A DNA stretch of 22,489 nt. Source: Ginkgo biloba (taxonomy: Eukaryota; Plantae; Ginkgophyta). The DNA lies in the NCBI GenBank assembly GCA_024626585.2, contig JANKJI020000002.1, forward strand, positions 44,525,477 to 44,547,965. Direction: 5' to 3'. Shown piece after piece: positions 21,264 to 22,489 of the stretch. The notes under the pieces are model-generated. The model saw only the letters and a program-made list of their open reading frames with translations, did no database searches and was not told where the DNA came from. The translations under genes were made by a program, and so were the position numbers. Every line of letters starts with the position of its first letter. The first letter of the stretch is position 1.

Positions 21264-22489
21264 GATACTTAGAGGGAGGTGTTATCAAGGCATAAGGGGC
21301 CCTCGATGGAAAAATAAAAAGGGATCTTTGTGAAAAAATATGGAGACCCTACTAGTTGGGGAGACTTTTTAAGCTAAAGCTAGAGAGGGTGGGTTAATTT
21401 TAGCTCCTAAAATTTAGGAGTTCTTTAAGGATATTAGGTTAAAATTCTTGCTTAAAATATTTTTGCATGCCAATTTTGCTCCTCTTTTCTCTATTGTATA
21501 TATTTTATTGTTGTGATTTTTTCATTACTATGTTTGGCTCTTTATTTTCTCCATTCTTTTATAATTGTTATTAACATCCTCTCGTAATTACTCTTTATTG
21601 AAAATTTTGCCATACCATGAGATAATACTTCCTCTTATGCAGTCCAGTTGCTCCTACATGTACTTCCTACATTTAACAGAAAGAAATTAGGCACTAGCCC
21701 CCTATGGGCCCTTTAGGTTACTTGTAATTTAACCTTCATTATATAAAACTCTAACACCTAATCATGCAAGTACTTACTTGTATCTAGTCTTGTAAGGGAT
21801 CTATTTCCATATAGATTCAAACAATACCATGTGTTTTTTTACAAAGTGTATTCTAATAAACCATAAATATTATTCCAAGCAAGTTATGTATATCATTCAA
21901 TTATTATAATTATTTATGATATCAATTTATAATTATAAATAATTATATGAATAAAATTGATAACTTAATTACAAAATANNNNNNNNNNNNNNNNNNNNNT
22001 ATAGCTTTCCTAGTATCTTTGCTATCAATTTTTTTGTCAACTATTTGATAGGGAAGCACCATAAAGGCAAATGGTAGATTGATTGCAATTTATGCGGTAG
22101 ACAATATTAAATTATAATTTATTATTAAGTTATAAAATTCCACTTTCCTCTTAAAATGTGGAGGTTTTTTTTGTAGTATATTATTTATGATAATTACATG
22201 ATAGGGAAGTAATGCAATAGCCAAATATATCTCGATTACACTTTACAAGAAAAAAATGTTACCTTCGTATTGTTCTCATAACTAGAGTATTTGCATTTGT
22301 GTAGATAGCAATGCTAGTAATAGATAATTATCAATAGTAATTAGGTATCTTTATATGATTAATATGTTTATACATGCATAACTAATTATTTTGGGGGTGG
22401 ATAATTTATAAGTAGTACGTAATCGATAACACTTGAACAATATGATCTGTATGGTTTATGTTTCTTAGTAATTTTAATTTCCCACATGT

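Noticed and set aside
21268-21284. TTAGAGGGAGGTGTTA, Copia-like PPT/LTR junction
   Set aside because: No upstream RT/RNase H homology or partner LTR was found.

Overview
Gappy, AT-rich eukaryotic nuclear DNA from a land plant, most likely a gymnosperm (inferred from PPR and retroelement styles). No prokaryotic features. One convincing host gene: an apparently intronless PLS-class pentatricopeptide repeat (PPR) gene on the + strand (ATG 12032, read to 13797), the family of organellar C-to-U RNA editing specificity factors; its C-terminus is lost in an N gap. The left half is decayed LTR retrotransposon DNA: a Ty3/Gypsy non-chromovirus (Tat/Athila-like) pol relic on the - strand (~9690 to ~6105; PR-RT-RH-INT), a truncated + strand LTR with a tRNA-iMet PBS abutting its protease, a second protease relic (~2585-3100) and a relic ORF resembling retroelement accessory ORFs (1-560). 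A possible Helitron 3' end lies just upstream of the PPR gene. The right third holds short tandem repeats, weakly coding-like tracts and a likely haplotype-overlap artefact. I see no solid evidence for a wholly new system. The best testable lead is the PPR code: UYnUYnAYnGGnUR, which by my recollection of the gene matches mitochondrial cob (AFIGYV-L) at 9 of 10 informative positions, in register for a Pro-to-Leu edit. Most long ORFs in the track are N-gap artefacts.
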